64,000 nucleotides of DNA from a virus (lineage: Duplodnaviria > Caudoviricetes), in IMG/VR virus record IMGVR_UViG_3300005842_000004, positions 715 through 64,714 of that record; one strand, given 5' to 3'. The translations under genes and the position numbers were made by a program. The notes under the pieces are model-generated. The model searched no databases. It was not told the DNA's origin and was given only the letters and a program-made list of their open reading frames with translations. The first letter of the stretch is position 1. Each line of letters opens with the position of its first letter. Below, piece by piece: positions 1 through 9,473 of this stretch.

Positions 1-279
1 AGCCAATAGATCACGGGACCAGTAGTCGTACTCATCCCGCGTCAGCTCTTTCGATAATGGGACGGACGGGGCAACAAATCGCCGGCACAGATTGGTCATC
101 CGGATATTGTGCGTGGATAGACCATTACGGGCGAATATTAATCGTTGCTCCCGTCCGGCTCGACCTACGTGCGGGCGCCCGGCAGCGATCTCTTCCGATG
201 CGGGAGCCTTCCCGACCAAGAGGATGCGGGATGAAAATGGCCCGACTGCCGGGACGGTGACAGAAAAGTCGCTGGTCAT
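1..279 (-). CDS. Uracil-DNA glycosylase family 4-like domain, 3'-truncated by window edge (not in ORF track)
   Basis: Manual translation from ATG 279: MTSDFSVTVPAVGPFSSRILLVGKAPASEEIAAGRPHVGRAGREQRLIFARNGLSTHNIRMTNLCRR..., matching the GEAPG-EE-GRPFVG-AG-TN pattern; open to base 1; ATGA overlap with upstream stop. Confidence 0.85.
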   Translation of the reverse strand, partial: MTSDFSVTVPAVGPFSSRILLVGKAPASEEIAAGRPHVGRAGREQRLIFARNGLSTHNIRMTNLCRRFVAPSVPLSKELTRDEYDYWSRDLLA

Positions 280-506
280 GTCCGTCCAAACTTGATTCCG
301 CCCGCCTTGTTGATTGCTTTGCCGATCGCAAGCCGTGGCGTCTTCCGGTCCGGCCGAAAGATAACCGCACCGCCTTTGCAGTCATACTCGATTCCGCACG
401 AGCCGCAATATGCCATGGCCGGGTTGACCGCCTGTTCGTTTCCGCAGATACAGCGAAAGAACGTGAATGGTCCCTCTTTCCACACGCGATTGGCAAGCTG
501 GGGCAT
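276..506 (-). CDS. Hypothetical zinc-ribbon protein
   Basis: CxC and CxxC motifs; ATG directly after upstream TAA. Confidence 0.65.
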   Translation of the reverse strand: MPQLANRVWKEGPFTFFRCICGNEQAVNPAMAYCGSCGIEYDCKGGAVIFRPDRKTPRLAIGKAINKAGGIKFGRT

Positions 507-507
507 C

Positions 508-750
508 TTAGCTCCTCCGCGATTGCAGCCAATTTCGGAACGCGACTTCCGTCCCGTCATCGAAGAGTCGAGCGTGCACGTAATCAGATTCAGTCTGTTG
601 CGCTCTCTCGCGTTCTGGCTCCTCCTCGTGCGTCTGCCGATAGATCAGCAAGTAGTGGCAATCGTCGCTGCATCCGACGCAGTCCCGCTCCACTTCGCCG
701 CAATGGCAGGAGTTGCCGCACGCTTCGCACAGGTGGGTTGAGGCGCTCAT
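508..750 (-). CDS. Hypothetical Cys-rich protein
   Basis: HLCEACGNSCHC...CVGCSDDC; ATGA overlap with upstream gene. Confidence 0.65.
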   Translation of the reverse strand: MSASTHLCEACGNSCHCGEVERDCVGCSDDCHYLLIYRQTHEEEPERERAQQTESDYVHARLFDDGTEVAFRNWLQSRRS

Positions 751-1043
751 CCGAGCATCCCCTTGCGTGATGGGCTGAGATCCTCTATTGCAACCGTGCC
801 TTTACGCTTCGTCGCTTTCATCTTCTTGTGTCTCGCAGAGACGGCGTCTTTGAGTCGAACGAAACATGCGGCACGGTGATCGATCTCCGGCGGTGGTGGA
901 TCGCTTAAAAGTCGAATGGCTGTTTCTTGGATAATATCTTCCGGATCTTCAATTCGTCTCCGCCACAAATACAAACGGAAGCACGGGTCAGAATAAAGCA
1001 GATCAACCGGTGACGGATCGACTTCAAGCGGCGACGGGCGCAT
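747..1043 (-). CDS. Sigma-70 region 2-like small protein
   Basis: EDPEDIIQETAIRLL resembles ECF region 2 DAEDxxQE; no region 4; start reassigned to ATG 1043. Confidence 0.5.
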   Translation of the reverse strand: MRPSPLEVDPSPVDLLYSDPCFRLYLWRRRIEDPEDIIQETAIRLLSDPPPPEIDHRAACFVRLKDAVSARHKKMKATKRKGTVAIEDLSPSRKGMLG

Positions 1044-1887
1044 GCGATCTCCCGAGTTTACGGCCGAAGCTGTGCTCGTGCATCGAAGCGGCGAGAGATT
1101 CTTCGGACAGGTGAAGATAGCGCTCCGTCGTAGCGAGCGAGGAGTGGCCAAGAAGCCGCTGCACATGCCGCGGATTCATTCCTGATTCGCAGAAGAGAGT
1201 GGCGCAAGTATGCCGAAGCATGTGAGGTGTGACCCCTGGCGCATATCGGGCCAGAATGATGCGCACACTTTGCGTGGAGAGGCTCTTGCCGCATCGGTTT
1301 AGCAGCAGCGGATCAGCAGGTTTAATGCCCCGCCTTGTTGTCAGGTATTTCTTCAGCGCATCGGCAGTCTCGCGGTCTGATATAGGCACGCACCGTTGCC
1401 GATTGCCCTTACCGGTCACTCGCAGATTACCCAGCGTATGGTCGAAGTCGCCAACCCTGAGAGAACACAACTCAGCAACACGCAAGCCCGTAAAAAGCAA
1501 TAACGTTACGACCATCTTATCGAATCGATGACCAGTCAATTCCGCCAGCAGATCCCGGACGCGAGAGATCACCAGATTACGCGGAAGGCGACGCGGGACT
1601 TTGACTTTGAAATCCGATTTCCGGAAAGGTATCGCCGTGATGTGCCCAGCGTCCAATAGCCAGTTGCAAAAAGCGGACAAACTCATGAGCTTACGCAAGC
1701 GTGATGCCGGCGCGAGTGTCGAGATCGTGACCTTATAGGCGGTGAGATCAGCACGGCTGGGGATGCCGCAGCAGCCCGACGCGCTCAGAAACTGTTTGAG
1801 ATCGATTCGGTAAGCTTTCAAAGTCAAAGGAGCAAGCCCGCGATCCGCACAAGAGAGGAGATATTCGTCGGTCAAGCTGCTGCTCAC
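1024..1887 (-). CDS. Tyrosine recombinase (XerC/D-like integrase family)
   Basis: TGLRVAEL, GKGNRQR, HMLRHTCAT, LLGHSSLATTERY catalytic R-K-H-R-H-Y; GTG 1887 overlaps upstream TGA. Confidence 0.93.
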   Translation of the reverse strand: MSSSLTDEYLLSCADRGLAPLTLKAYRIDLKQFLSASGCCGIPSRADLTAYKVTISTLAPASRLRKLMSLSAFCNWLLDAGHITAIPFRKSDFKVKVPRRLPRNLVISRVRDLLAELTGHRFDKMVVTLLLFTGLRVAELCSLRVGDFDHTLGNLRVTGKGNRQRCVPISDRETADALKKYLTTRRGIKPADPLLLNRCGKSLSTQSVRIILARYAPGVTPHMLRHTCATLFCESGMNPRHVQRLLGHSSLATTERYLHLSEESLAASMHEHSFGRKLGRSHAPVAA

Positions 1888-2315
1888 TTGTCGCCATCCT
1901 TCTGGTTGTAATAAATGATCGCTGCCGCCTCCCCGTCCGCTCCACACATGATCAACCGCCGATCCCCTCCGCCTGCTCCTCTCTCCTTCTCCGGCACAAC
2001 CACATCTCTGATCTCGCCACCCGGAGCGATATAGCACGGGTGAGATCGAATCCACGTGTCGTGCCCGACCGCACCCACCCACATCGAAGCGATGATGACC
2101 AGGACGAACGCGGCAAGCCGGATGATGGCACGGGCGCGATGATGGCGGGGCAGCTCGGCAGAGGAGAGGAGGACGTGGGCGGGGTTACCGCCAGTCTGGC
2201 CCACGACCGCACGGGTTATTGTTTGATGAGCTGCGTTGCGGGTGCTGCCACTATCCCGCCGTTCTTGTCGCCATTGGTCGCGCTGTTCAATCTCGGGTCT
2301 CATGTCGGATCTCAC
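1884..2315 (-). CDS. Hypothetical membrane protein
   Basis: Hydrophobic segment IIRLAAFVLVIIASMWVGAVG; GTGA overlap with upstream stop. Confidence 0.55.
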   Translation of the reverse strand: MRSDMRPEIEQRDQWRQERRDSGSTRNAAHQTITRAVVGQTGGNPAHVLLSSAELPRHHRARAIIRLAAFVLVIIASMWVGAVGHDTWIRSHPCYIAPGGEIRDVVVPEKERGAGGGDRRLIMCGADGEAAAIIYYNQKDGDK

Positions 2316-2755
2316 TTTCTGCGATCGATGTCGTCCTGGGTCAGTTTGCCGGCGAACGGTTCCGGCGCCTTCATCCCCTTCGCCACATAGGGCATCCCGC
2401 GCTCTCGGAGACTCTCTGGCTCGATCAGGCCGACAGTCCGGGCCTCTACCCTGGCACGGGCAGCGGATCGGGCAGAGAGGGCAGCAGCAGCATCGGCGAG
2501 ATTGGCAGCTCGGGCGGATTCGGCTTGGAGCTCGCGGGCACGGACGGAGTCCGGAGAGTGGTAGACGAGAAAGGACAGAGTGGCGATGATGACGGCGCAC
2601 GACGGCGGCTGACCGGTCGGTGTTGGCGCGGGCATGATGACTGTCGATGTCGGCACGGTGACCAGATCCTTGGCAGACTGCCGGGCAAGCTTATCCCCCG
2701 TCGTGCGGATGAGGGAGAGGGCTTGGTGGCCGAGAGCGGGGCGGCGAGTGATCAT
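2312..2755 (-). CDS. Hypothetical protein
   Basis: Coupled by overlaps at both ends; one short hydrophobic stretch. Confidence 0.55.
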   Translation of the reverse strand: MITRRPALGHQALSLIRTTGDKLARQSAKDLVTVPTSTVIMPAPTPTGQPPSCAVIIATLSFLVYHSPDSVRARELQAESARAANLADAAAALSARSAARARVEARTVGLIEPESLRERGMPYVAKGMKAPEPFAGKLTQDDIDRRK

Positions 2756-3024
2756 GATGCCAATACCTCTTCCCGGTCCTCAAAAACATGGAACACGAGC
2801 GGGCCGGTTTGGAACGTTGCGATGTATACCCCGGCATCGGTTGCAGGATGACCAGTGCCGTACATTTGGATGCCGCGCTGTTGTGGTGGCCGACTCGGAT
2901 CGACAAGAGCCCACAAGCACGGATGGTGACCCTGCATTTGAATGGTGAGCATCTGCGCACCATGCGGCAAGACAACGACCTGCCTGTCGTTGATTCGCAA
3001 GAGGAACTTCCAGATGGTTTTCAT
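2752..3024 (-). CDS. Conserved phage protein (DUF7352-like)
   Basis: MKTIWKF...LWALVDP...GTGH...YIATFQ...VFHVFE pattern typical of a common small phage family. Confidence 0.7.
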   Translation of the reverse strand: MKTIWKFLLRINDRQVVVLPHGAQMLTIQMQGHHPCLWALVDPSRPPQQRGIQMYGTGHPATDAGVYIATFQTGPLVFHVFEDREEVLAS

Positions 3025-3043
3025 TTTGACGGTCTCCCTCGTT

Positions 3044-4777
3044 TTATCCGACGTATACCAGCACACCATCACGCACAGGGTCAGCTCCTCTTTTCACCCT
3101 CGTCCTTGCCACATACTCCAGATTATATTCCTGCTCCTTCTGCCATTCCTGCCGAGCAAACCCACTTGGGCACCGGCTGGAATGTTCGAACAGGATGACC
3201 CGGAACCACTCGCGGCCTTTTGCTCTATGGTATGTGCACAATGTCACACACCCCTTGAGCGTCTCACCTTCCGGCGCATCGCCAAATAGATCAGATATAT
3301 ATCTCTCGACATCCGATGTTTTGGTCGACCCTGCCCGGTTGACCTCGTTGACGATCTCGCGGATACAGTCGACCTTCTCATTGATCGACTCCAACTTGGC
3401 GCCGATGCCGTGCCGATCCTTGTCCTCGATGGCGCGGGCGTGGACTTTGGCTTGCTCGCGTTCGGCCCACTCAGAGATTCGGTCCATCAGCTCACGAGTC
3501 GAGCGGGTCTTCCATCGGCGGATCAGACTGAGCAGACCCTCTCCGATTGACCGGCCTTCAACCCGGGCAGGGATGCGGGTGCGGATGAGCTTGTAGGCGA
3601 GAGAGATCAACGGGGCCGTGTTCCGGCAAAGTATGGCGTCGAGCTCGGGCCGAAGATCGTCCAGGCAGATGGAGATGGGTTCGGCTGGGGATTCGTCAGT
3701 ACGGCGGAGGAGTGCGGGCTGATAGACGACTCGGCCATCGGGCGCGTTGTCATCACAGCGGAAGTCGGGAACGTAATCGATGACCTCATTGACGATCGAT
3801 CTCGGGCACCGGAATGTCAGGGTGAGCGGCAGAGTGCGGCACGAGAACGACTCGATTGCACGCCGCATCCCGTCAGTGTCGGCAGCGGCAAAACCGTAGA
3901 TCGATTGTTGCGGGTCGCCCACCAGACAGATCCGCCCGCCACCCGGCCTGACAAACTTCTCAATCAACTTCTGCCGGCAGGGGGAGAGATCCTGCCACTC
4001 GTCACCAATGACTAGATCCTTGGCGTATCGTACCGGGATTCGGTGCCAAAGAGGGAGAAGGATCATGTCGTTGAAATCGATCTTGTCCGTTTGATTGACT
4101 GAGATCTGGTAGACCCGAGCACAGCACCTCGCCACCGTCTGCATCTCGCGAGCGGAGTCGATATCAAGGTCTACGTCGAACCGGTCAGCCAGACTACGCC
4201 ACGTGCCGGTGTCGTCAACGGGAAGATCGGCGAACGAGCATCCGACCCCGGCTTGCTTACCGTACGATACGAGGGAGTTGATCTGCCCGCCGAAGATGCG
4301 GAATGGGTCGGATAGTCCGCCCGCCATCGATAGGTCGTCGATGATGTGCCACGTCTTCTTGTCGTCGAGCCAGGCGGGATCATTCGATGGGTTGAACCGC
4401 TTCGACATCAACCCTCGTCCGAGAGCATGGACGGTCGATGCTCGGATCGGATCGGAATAGGCGCCGGAAGATAGGCCAGACGATGTGAGCTTGCCGGTGA
4501 GGTCGGTTGCGGCTGATTTGTTGTACGCCACGAGAACGATCTCACGACCAGGAAAAGCGCGGGAGTACTCCCCGGCACCGTAAACGGCAGTGGTTGATTT
4601 GCCGACACCAGCGCGCGCCACCAGGGCGAGGTTGTCCTGGGTGTCGAGGAGGGCGGAGACGAAGGCGGATTGCTCATCGGTTGGGGTGAAGGATGATTCC
4701 ATTCTGGCGGTCATTGTGGCAGTCGCGGAGTCGACAAGGACGGTTGGCATGTCGGGGGTGAAGTTGTAGCGGTTCAC
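3044..4777 (-). CDS. SF1 UvrD/Rep-like helicase
   Basis: Walker A ARAGVGKS, DEWQD, VGDPQQSIYGF, LTLTFRCP, TYHRAKGREW, YVARTR; GTG 4777 overlaps upstream TGA. Confidence 0.92.
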   Translation of the reverse strand: MNRYNFTPDMPTVLVDSATATMTARMESSFTPTDEQSAFVSALLDTQDNLALVARAGVGKSTTAVYGAGEYSRAFPGREIVLVAYNKSAATDLTGKLTSSGLSSGAYSDPIRASTVHALGRGLMSKRFNPSNDPAWLDDKKTWHIIDDLSMAGGLSDPFRIFGGQINSLVSYGKQAGVGCSFADLPVDDTGTWRSLADRFDVDLDIDSAREMQTVARCCARVYQISVNQTDKIDFNDMILLPLWHRIPVRYAKDLVIGDEWQDLSPCRQKLIEKFVRPGGGRICLVGDPQQSIYGFAAADTDGMRRAIESFSCRTLPLTLTFRCPRSIVNEVIDYVPDFRCDDNAPDGRVVYQPALLRRTDESPAEPISICLDDLRPELDAILCRNTAPLISLAYKLIRTRIPARVEGRSIGEGLLSLIRRWKTRSTRELMDRISEWAEREQAKVHARAIEDKDRHGIGAKLESINEKVDCIREIVNEVNRAGSTKTSDVERYISDLFGDAPEGETLKGCVTLCTYHRAKGREWFRVILFEHSSRCPSGFARQEWQKEQEYNLEYVARTRVKRGADPVRDGVLVYVG

Positions 4778-5058
4778 TTCGCACCACCAGTCAGCACTTG
4801 CACATAAGCGTCGGCGATGTACTTCGGGGCCGGGTGTGTATCGTTTTCGTGCGCTGATTCCGTCGCCAGCAGAACCCGCCGGCTGCAATTGAGCAGCTCG
4901 GCAATCGGCATGACATCGATGCCGGCTGCGATTCGGTGAGCGATGAGACTACGCCACGAGGGTGGGGGTGGATCGCTTGCGAGAACTCGTGGAAGAGGAA
5001 GTGCGGCCGGCTCTTCTGGCAACTGGCACCACTTACCCTCGCCGTCTTGCCGTCTCAT
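4774..5058 (-). CDS. HTH (XRE-like) domain protein
   Basis: RIAAGIDVMPIAELLNCSRRVLLATE resembles an XRE HTH. Confidence 0.55.
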   Translation of the reverse strand: MRRQDGEGKWCQLPEEPAALPLPRVLASDPPPPSWRSLIAHRIAAGIDVMPIAELLNCSRRVLLATESAHENDTHPAPKYIADAYVQVLTGGAK

Positions 5059-5453
5059 GACGCCACCGCCCGCACCGCCCGCAGCTTACTCGCCGCGCAC
5101 CACCCAACCACCCCAGATGTCAGATTCTTGACCTGGACGGCGGGATCAGTCAGGAGCAACTCAACAGGTTGGTCCGGTGACTGACGGGTCGGCGATGTGT
5201 ACTTTTCGATGATCTGGACGACTTCGAGCGGGCCGTCGGTCATGAGGTCGCCAATGTATTCAGAGGCGGTAACGCGGTCGCCTGCGCTGAGTTTTTGCGA
5301 TGGTTGGCGGGACATATTGCGGAGTCCGGGCGACCGATGATTTGCCAGGTTGTCGTCCTCATCTCCGCGGCAAGATGAAGGATGAGCGCCGTCACTCGTG
5401 GGCCACTTCAGGCCGGGACATTTGCCGCCATCGCAAAGAAATTCGATGCTCAT
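5055..5453 (-). CDS. Hypothetical protein
   Basis: SD AAGGAG before ATG 5453; ATGA overlap downstream. Confidence 0.6.
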   Translation of the reverse strand: MSIEFLCDGGKCPGLKWPTSDGAHPSSCRGDEDDNLANHRSPGLRNMSRQPSQKLSAGDRVTASEYIGDLMTDGPLEVVQIIEKYTSPTRQSPDQPVELLLTDPAVQVKNLTSGVVGWCAASKLRAVRAVAS

Positions 5454-5535
5454 CTTCGGTTCTCCTTTTTGTGCCGGCCTCTCCCCTCTGTCCTCGGTTC
5501 CCCCGCGGCCGGCGGGTTTGACTTCGACGACGATG

Positions 5536-5567
5536 ACTCTACTCGACTCCGGAGCGGTTGTCAACCG
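5536..5567 (-). promoter_or_regulatory. Sigma70-type promoter with palindromic operator over -35
   Basis: TTGACA-17-TAGAGT; CGGTTGTCAACCG palindrome at 5555-5567. Confidence 0.7.
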
Positions 5568-5862
5568 TTACTACCCCGTCCATCTGCTCGACCTGGTCCA
5601 GCTCTGCCAACACGCTCTGCAGCCCGTCTATCTTCGCTCTTGCCCCCTCGCCGATCGCCCTCGCCAGCGGTCTCCACAGCGGCACTCCTGATCGTCCAAT
5701 CCCACACCTGGAATCGAGCAGCTCAGACTCGGGCGCATGGGACTTGGGATCGAAGTAGCGCCGGATCGTCCTGGCCGGGATACCCGTCGCCCGGGATAGG
5801 GAGGTCTGCCAGGTGCTGGGCCAGACCAGGGCGGCGAGACGGGCGAGGGTGGAGGGGGTCAT
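5539..5862 (-). CDS. HTH transcription regulator-like protein
   Basis: WQTSLSRATGIPARTIRRY HTH-like; ATGA overlap at 5862. Confidence 0.6.
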   Translation of the reverse strand: MTPSTLARLAALVWPSTWQTSLSRATGIPARTIRRYFDPKSHAPESELLDSRCGIGRSGVPLWRPLARAIGEGARAKIDGLQSVLAELDQVEQMDGVVTVDNRSGVE

Positions 5863-6347
5863 CGAGCCGAGCTCCACACGAAGTCCACCCCTTCCGTCTT
5901 CCCGCAGACAATCGGCCCGATCTCTCTGTCCCATGCCTCCTGCGCCCGGATGACCCTCTCCCGCTGCCCGTCTATGGCGAGCTGGGCGGCCCTACGTGTG
6001 GCGCAGTTGTGGACCCCATACTCACGGCAGGACCACTTATGTCCACCGCGTACAGGAGCGGCTAGAGGGGGTGCGGGTGGGCGCCGAGGGTAGACGGGGA
6101 GAGGAGGGGGGAGAGCAGCGGCTCGGGCGAGGAGGGATTCGAGCGACTCATCCCGCAACTCCGGCCCGTTGATAGCTTTGGTCGTGGAGAAGACCCAATA
6201 CCGTGCTGAGGTCTGCCCGGCGCGCCAGAATGCCCAACCCGCGGCGCCGCCATGACGAGCATCAAGAGTGGCAATGTAGCCGTCGATGGTGAGGACGCGG
6301 AGGGGAGAGGCCTTGGAGCCGTCGACCTTCGGATGGGCGATGCTCAC
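5859..6347 (-). CDS. Hypothetical protein
   Basis: Overlapping start/stop at both ends. Confidence 0.6.
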   Translation of the reverse strand: MSIAHPKVDGSKASPLRVLTIDGYIATLDARHGGAAGWAFWRAGQTSARYWVFSTTKAINGPELRDESLESLLARAAALPPPLPVYPRRPPAPPLAAPVRGGHKWSCREYGVHNCATRRAAQLAIDGQRERVIRAQEAWDREIGPIVCGKTEGVDFVWSSAR

Positions 6348-6568
6348 GACGCCACCACAAGCCCATAAGCGCAGCCATGCCGGAAAGCGATGAACAGGTC
6401 ATTCGTCAACCCGTCCTGGTAGAGATGACCCTTGGACCACATGTCTTTGGCTTCACGGTCGAAGCGCACCCGTACCGGAACGCTCTTGTAGACCATCTCG
6501 AATTGCCGCATGAGATCTTCGTGGCCTTTGCTGCCGAGAGATAGGGTGGCGTCGCTTGTGTTGCTCAT
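6344..6568 (-). CDS. Hypothetical protein, probably leaderless mRNA
   Basis: ATG lies 6 nt after the -10 box, no SD. Confidence 0.7.
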   Translation of the reverse strand: MSNTSDATLSLGSKGHEDLMRQFEMVYKSVPVRVRFDREAKDMWSKGHLYQDGLTNDLFIAFRHGCAYGLVVAS

Positions 6569-6574
6569 GGCCGT

Positions 6575-6608
6575 AGACTAGGCCATATCGTCACGGTTGT
6601 CAAACCGT
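6575..6608 (-). promoter_or_regulatory. Sigma70-type promoter with operator variant
   Basis: TTGACA-17-TAGTCT; ACGGTT-GTCA-AACCGT inverted repeat at 6593-6608. Confidence 0.75.
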
Positions 6609-6634
6609 AACACTTAGAGTATCGTCCGCCCCGT

Positions 6635-9466
6635 CTAAGGTATCGGATACGCCTGCTTGGCCGGCCGCCAGATCGTCACCGTCGCCACGTCATCAACGAT
6701 CTCCAAGCCGATGACGACCCAATCACTCAGATTCAACTCCGCTTCCTCGACATCGAATGCTGCCTCGTGCAAGATCGACCTCGACCCTGCCAATATCCAA
6801 AGCGGAATCCCCTTCGTATCGGAGGCATATCGGTGCAGGGCCAAGAGTCGCGCTGCCTCAGTCATCGCATCTCGCCGATTGATTAATGCAGTCTGGCGGA
6901 TCTTGGATATCGCAGTCGGGTATCGTCCGGCCGCACCCGTCGCCGTGGCCTTGATCGAATAGTCTTGCTTGACCGCGGGGCGATCCAACATAGATCCGTA
7001 AAGGTATCGATCCGGATCAGACATGGCCAATGCCCCGGCAATGTTGGCAGGGTCCATCTTGCTGTCATTGTGGGCGTACAGGACGGTCCACTGCCACACT
7101 GCCGGATCATGCGATTCGGGTGTGATCTCGCCGGATTGAACATCACGATTGATTGAGTATGTGGCGTCCGGTGTACCAGTCACACCGACAAATTGCTTAA
7201 TGTAGATTGTCGACCCTGTCTTGTACGGGATGAACCCAAGCCCGCCCAAGATGATCCGCGAGATCTCTAACGCTGTCTCGCCCTGTCCGACATACCACCC
7301 GCAATCGGAAGGGTTGGCATTGAGACATGCCCGCCATGTCATCGAGTCGAGATCAGCGGCGAGATATCCAGCCAGGTAATAGCACTTCCGGGCCAAATCC
7401 GCCGCAGTCGATCGCCCACCCGTCCACGTCACGTTAGTCAGAGTCAATGCTGTCCCGCCCAGCATTGAGCTCGCGGATGAGCCGGTCGCATCGTCACAAT
7501 GCCAGCCATAGGCTAGATTCGCTTCTGACCCCGTCGCCGGCAACATGTGCAGCGCTTGCAAGTCGGATTGACTCAGCGCCCGAGCGAATACGAGCGGCTC
7601 GTCATATCGGCCTTCCGCTTGAGTGCCTGTCGTAGAGTCCGGCCGGCATCCGATCCCGAACGCGGTACGGGTTGTCGAGAATGTCCCCGTAATCGTCACC
7701 ACCGCCGATGACAGAGTGCCATTGACCCAGACAGCCAGCGTCGCCCCGGTCGTGGCGGTGTTCCCGGCTTGGTTCATATTGCGGACCAAGGCGAGAGAGT
7801 AGGTCGTCCCTTCGGATAGATTCGGCCCTGATGATGTGGTGAAGATCGTCCCGGCATCATTGATGCAGAACGCTTCGAGACAGTTTGCGCCGCCTGTTGA
7901 CTTGAGCCGGAGAATGATCGATCCGGCCGACGCTGAGGTCTGCCATCCCATGAGGACATAAGAGGCTCCGGTGTGGGACTTGGACGGGGTGTATTGACAA
8001 GTCAGAGTGCACGATCCGTTGACCGAGTTTATCGTTGCCAGGACGGTCGAAGTCGAGATGATGGACAGGGCGGAATTCCAGAAGTTATTCCCCGTCACTG
8101 TCGCTGAATACGTCCCGGACAATGCGCCGGATGTGATCTGGAATGTGCCAGCGGCGAGGTTGGGTGTCCAGATGGCGCCGAGCGCATTATGTCCAGATTG
8201 GACTTCAGATATCAGCGCTGCGCCACCATAGGACACTTCACCTATCTGATTGACCGGATCGACCCATGACACCGGGACTCTCGATACCGTGCCGAGAACG
8301 TACGGGCGGAAATTCCCTGCGATCGATTGCCAGGCCCAGCTCGCAGTATCCCAGGTTACGGATGCGTCAGCGGTACCGGTTAGAGCTGAGCCGGACTTGC
8401 GATCATGGATGGTTGACCCGACTCCCTCATCGCCCGGAAAATAAGCCAAGAGTCCGGATGCCGAGGGGAGGACAGGTTGACGGGATTCGGCATACATTGC
8501 GGCGACAGTCTTGGCCGAATTCCAGTACGTCCATCGCGATAATTTTCCCTTCAACCCTTTGCCCATCGTCAGAGAGATCGAGTTGGCTGAGGGCGATCCG
8601 GCGATAGACGATGACGATACGACCGACACCCCGTCGACTCCAATCTCTCGTGTACCCGCTGCGGTGTTGACGCTGAATGACAGATAGTGCCATTGCCGTG
8701 CGTGGAGAGGGGAAGCGATCGAGGTTAATGGAGACGGGGTCTGACCTCGAATCGTCATGCCCAACGCCACCCCGGCATCGAACACATATCCAGTCGAGCC
8801 GGCGGAGTCTTTGAAGAATAGGAATTGATTGGCAATGGTGGGATCGTCGAGGTTGACCCAGCCAGCCAAAGAGAAGGACGAGGTCTGGTCTAGATTGTCG
8901 CCGAGGTCGACTGTGCCGGATGACGTGCCGGGGAAGTACAGGCAGGAGGGGGAGTAGGTGACAGGTTGCAAAGGTTGGTCGAGACTATGACTGTCGTCCC
9001 GGACAGAGATGATTGCCTTTGCGTCGCCAACTTCGGGAACACCTATGCCCCGGAGAGAGAAAAGGGGAGAGGTGAGGACATCGGATAGATTGACTCGGGT
9101 GCCAGATGAGAGAATGCCGACAAGATAAATCTGAATCAATCTATTGTCGATCGAATTATGAATCCAAGCATCCCAATGCCCGGCGTATTCTCGGACATCG
9201 TTGATCAGCTCTAATTGTGAGTATGTGCCGAACGCTTCCGATGGATTGAGCGGGTCGATATGTTGGGATATTTGAAGCCCGGTTGCCAGGAGAGGGGGGA
9301 TGTAGGCGGCGACGGGGCCGGAAGGAGGATCGGCCCACCCGCGGCCTTGATTACCCTGGCATATCCATTCGATCGATTCAACGTTGGATGAGGAGAGATA
9401 GGCGATCGAGCAGACGACTTCTATGCGGGCAGAGGGATCGGCGAGGAGGTCGGCGAGGGTTGCCAT
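6635..9466 (-). CDS. Tail tip/receptor-binding protein with two LamG (concanavalin-like) domains
   Basis: FSLAGWVN..WHYLSFS..KGKLSRWTYWN..LLAYFPGDEG and VWVNG..GRYDEPLVFARALS..LAYGWHCDD; last structural gene. Confidence 0.8.
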   Translation of the reverse strand: MATLADLLADPSARIEVVCSIAYLSSSNVESIEWICQGNQGRGWADPPSGPVAAYIPPLLATGLQISQHIDPLNPSEAFGTYSQLELINDVREYAGHWDAWIHNSIDNRLIQIYLVGILSSGTRVNLSDVLTSPLFSLRGIGVPEVGDAKAIISVRDDSHSLDQPLQPVTYSPSCLYFPGTSSGTVDLGDNLDQTSSFSLAGWVNLDDPTIANQFLFFKDSAGSTGYVFDAGVALGMTIRGQTPSPLTSIASPLHARQWHYLSFSVNTAAGTREIGVDGVSVVSSSSIAGSPSANSISLTMGKGLKGKLSRWTYWNSAKTVAAMYAESRQPVLPSASGLLAYFPGDEGVGSTIHDRKSGSALTGTADASVTWDTASWAWQSIAGNFRPYVLGTVSRVPVSWVDPVNQIGEVSYGGAALISEVQSGHNALGAIWTPNLAAGTFQITSGALSGTYSATVTGNNFWNSALSIISTSTVLATINSVNGSCTLTCQYTPSKSHTGASYVLMGWQTSASAGSIILRLKSTGGANCLEAFCINDAGTIFTTSSGPNLSEGTTYSLALVRNMNQAGNTATTGATLAVWVNGTLSSAVVTITGTFSTTRTAFGIGCRPDSTTGTQAEGRYDEPLVFARALSQSDLQALHMLPATGSEANLAYGWHCDDATGSSASSMLGGTALTLTNVTWTGGRSTAADLARKCYYLAGYLAADLDSMTWRACLNANPSDCGWYVGQGETALEISRIILGGLGFIPYKTGSTIYIKQFVGVTGTPDATYSINRDVQSGEITPESHDPAVWQWTVLYAHNDSKMDPANIAGALAMSDPDRYLYGSMLDRPAVKQDYSIKATATGAAGRYPTAISKIRQTALINRRDAMTEAARLLALHRYASDTKGIPLWILAGSRSILHEAAFDVEEAELNLSDWVVIGLEIVDDVATVTIWRPAKQAYPIP

Positions 9467-9473
9467 CAGACGA

